From Tubulanus polymorphus (lineage: Eukaryota; Animalia; Nemertea), in assembly GCF_964204645.1 (NCBI RefSeq), contig NC_134036.1, positions 7,726,812 through 7,790,811 of the forward strand: DNA of 64,000 nt, written 5' to 3'. The translations under genes and the position numbers were made by a program. Under the pieces are notes generated by a model. That model saw only the letters and a program-made list of their open reading frames with translations, was not told where the DNA came from and did no database searches. Position 1 is the stretch's first letter, and each line of letters starts with the position of its first letter. Positions 60,725-64,000 of this stretch are shown here, piece by piece.

Positions 60725-61999
60725 TTTTTTAAGAATATATTCTAAATCATCTTTTTCTTTTTCTAAATATGCATTTCTTTTTTTAAATTCAATTTCTTCA
60801 ATAACTTTATTATCTCTATCTAATTTTAATTGTCCTATTTTTTAATTTTATTAGTTCTATCTTTTTCTAAAGTTCTAATTTTAAAATCTCTTATACTTTT
60901 ATCATGCGCAATTTTATCAGATACAAGTCTTCTACTTATAATTTCTCTAATTGCTTTATCAGAAAATATATTTAAATCTTCTAATTCTTGATCTGTTGCA
61001 TCAAGTAACCCATTTGGTAAAAGTTTTTCAATTGGAATTTAATTTGATTTAAGTTCACTAGTTTTGGAAGTTATATTCTGTTCATAAGTTGTTTCTGTTT
61101 CTAAATTATTTTTGATTATTTCAAATAATTCATTAATTCTTTTTTTAAATACTCTTTTATTTTCATTTCTGTGTCGGTTACATTTTCTATTTCATTACTA
61201 TTACTTATTCTTTTAATTCTAGATGATTCTAAATTACTCAAAGTTGATTCTGCTAATATTTTGTTTTGATTTTTATAAGTGATATTAATATTTATTATCT
61301 TATGAAGAAATATAACTTCATACATCTTCCACAAATGGTCTTTTATTGTTTAATTTATTTTTTATTCTTTTAATTGTCTTCTGTTTCTTATCATTATCTT
61401 TATCAAAATATTCTTTACCTAAAATATCATTATTGATATTTGTAATATGACTTTTAGATTTTAAATGTTGTTCATAATATCTTTTGTCACATAATAATTG
61501 ATTACATGTATCACATTTGTATGTTTCTTTTTCATTCTTCAATTCCTCTTATTTATTTTCTAATATATCATCTCTATATTCTAAGTTTAATCTATTTTCT
61601 AAGTGAGATTTAGTTTTATTATGTCTTGCTTTTTGAGATTAATCTATACTTATTTTACATGTTAAACAGTAGTACTTCTTGTTTGCTTTCATTTTAATAT
61701 CAGATTTTTTATTAAAATTGAACATAACACTTAACTCTCAACGCGTCCCGCCTCGTATGAGTATCCCAGAAACACCCGCCTATTTATACTACTCAACATT
61801 GGGGATTCCTCAGCTGCGAGTTGAGACTTGTGAATTATGAGGCTTGTGATTGGCTAGAGTAACGGGGAATACCCAGCGTGTGAGACTTGTAAATTATGAG
61901 ACTTGTGATTGGATAGAGTAATAGGGGATAAGTTGTTTGAAGTCAAAGGTTGACTCAAAGCTTTCGACCTTTGCTTGAAACAACTTATCCCCTATTACT
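60725..61999 (-). pseudogene. Polinton fragments: family-B pPolB 5' end (zinc fingers) joined to a 476-aa homologue, with probable terminus at 61999
   Basis: 61335-61480 is near-identical to 19255-19400; upstream TATA/CCAAT-like motifs and hairpin ending TATTACT. Confidence 0.7.
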
Positions 62000-62954
62000 A
62001 GCTCTATATCAGCCATGAAGTATCCCAATTCCGAAGAAGTACGTATTATCCTAGCACACGGCATCGATTCAGCACCTGAATGAATCGACATACTTGCTAA
62101 AATTAGGGAAAGTACGTGTTTCTACACCCAATTAGTTTTTCAAATCCGATTAAGTAGATTGCATTTCTATAGCAGCCACTGAACAACAGAGCGAATGAAA
62201 AACACAGCAGCGATAAAGTGCCTGGTAAGCCCCATATTAGTCACGCATTTCGAAGTGGTAAGTATTATCCTGAAATGATTATTTTCAAAGACTTGCATTT
62301 ATAAATTGTAAATCTATTGATGATATTGATTTTTGCAGGCCTTCACACATCAGATGCATTGACAGCAGTACGAGTATTGGCACTGATGACGAATCTAGCC
62401 AAACACACGGCATCGATTCAACACTTGAATGAATCGACATACTAACTACAAAGAGGGAGATATTGAAAGAAAAGGTATGTTTTTTTCATCTAATTATTAT
62501 TTCAAATCCAATTGAGTAGATTGTATTTCTATAGATAGTTTTGTATTCTACAGGCCAGCCCACATAACAGCCACTGAAAAAGGACGAATAAAGCACACAT
62601 CAGCGATTAAGCGCCTGGTTAAAGCTACATACCAGTCGAGAAGTATCCGAAATCCGAAATAGTACGTATCATCCTGAAATGATTATTTTCAAAGATTTGC
62701 ATCGCAAGTCTATAGGTAAATTTGATTTTTACAGGACATCACACATAGGAGATTTTGGACCACGGTAGGACTACGAATATTTTCAGTACAGTGTTGAAGA
62801 AGATACCAGAGAACGAGGGAAAGCTGCAGTTTCGACTGTCACCAAGAAGGTCCTTGCTTGAAGGTAATTGCTTGTAATATCCTCTGGACCTTAGCATGTA
62901 TTCATTTTGTATACCATTGACTTGTTTAATAACATTAATTTGTACTAAAAAAAA

Positions 62955-64000
62955 ACCGTCGAAAAATAAAAGAGATGTTACCTAAGCATCCAAGACCTTA
63001 TGGTGGCATTGTTATTGAAAGTCACACGATGCAATGAATTTTGATTTCAAATAGTTTAGTACCATCGTCAACCATTTCAATATCACGCGATGACTGTTAT
63101 AGCACGTATCTGGATATGCTCTTGGTCTCAATACTTTCATAACAGACCCGTAGCCGGGGATTTTGAAATTTTGAAATAGAAAGTTGGCTACAAAAATAGT
63201 TTGATATCAACTACCCAGAGTCTGATAACAACTGGGCCTTTTTTTAAAGATTTAGGCAATAGGTCGAAATACTATTGCTTTGATTAGTCTTAACGCGATT
63301 CGACCATTAAGATTAAACTCATTGGCATCTTATGTCGGTTGTAAACTCATTCCGCATCGTGAAGATGGAAAGGGGAATGAAATATCAAAATCATTTTGGT
63401 AGGTTCCATGTTTGCCTTCAGATAAGCAGGCTTACCTGTTTTGGAAACCATCCTATTTGGGAATGGACTTTGGCTGCAGTTCAAAATATGTTAATAGTAG
63501 ATATATTGATTATAATCAGGGTTCATTAGAATGTCTAAAATGGGCATGATAAATTATCTATATATTTTGATGTTGCGAGCTTATTCACTAATGTTACTTT
63601 TAAACCTTCTATGGATTTTCTTAGGAGAAAGTAACCTACTTCTGATTTTCATTTTGATGAAAACACAAGGGATACCGTAGAAATCGCAGATTACTGATTG
63701 TCTCTTGGATTTAATCGAACTTTGTACAAAACTCATATTTTCTATTTGGTTCTAATTTTTTTTAAACAGACTTTTAGTATGGCTATGGGGTATACAATCG
63801 GCCCTGTTTTAGCTGGGGTTTTTTGGAACACGTTGAAAGCAAAGTTCTTCCTCTTTACACTGAAAGTAGACCCAAACTTCGGTGAAGTTACGTTGATGTT
63901 ATTCTTTGGTTAGTTTCCGCCGATTTCAATTTGATTAGGTTCCTACATTATTTGAACTCCTTGTATATCCTACTCTGAATTTTGTTTTAACTGGAATGAA
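62955..64000 (+). repeat. Degenerate Penelope RT-derived unit
   Basis: Same unit as 57060-59327. Confidence 0.7.

Overview
AT-rich, gene-free eukaryotic (probably invertebrate) repeat region dominated by Polinton/Maverick-type endogenous dsDNA viruses. The centrepiece is a complete 17,250-bp element ('C', 27159-44408). It has ~90-bp TIRs starting AGTAATT and a perfect 6-bp TSD (TATAAA). It encodes a protein-primed PolB, rve integrase with chromodomain, packaging ATPase, putative major and minor capsid proteins and a block of membrane proteins. I see no recognisable adenain-type protease. Three features stand out. (1) The pPolB carries a 355-aa LAGLIDADG intein in the catalytic YFD|TD motif. 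A sister copy ('A', 1-7768) has the same intein, while a more distant family ('B', ~19255-26487) has the empty allele and a free-standing HNH endonuclease. (2) The element's only large intergenic region holds a ~290-nt multibranch structured RNA, supported by compensatory base changes between A and C, with two long hairpins that both expose a self-complementary GGCGCC loop. (3) Nearly every gene starts with a T-run+TAAATG motif resembling poxvirus late promoters. The rest of the window is degraded Polinton fragments, a Penelope retroelement (with hammerhead ribozyme and a nested solo LTR), Penelope-derived tandem arrays, LTR remnants, a tRNA-SINE, a MITE, satellites and inverted segmental duplications. 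All calls come from reading the sequence and comparing copies within the window; no database searches were run.
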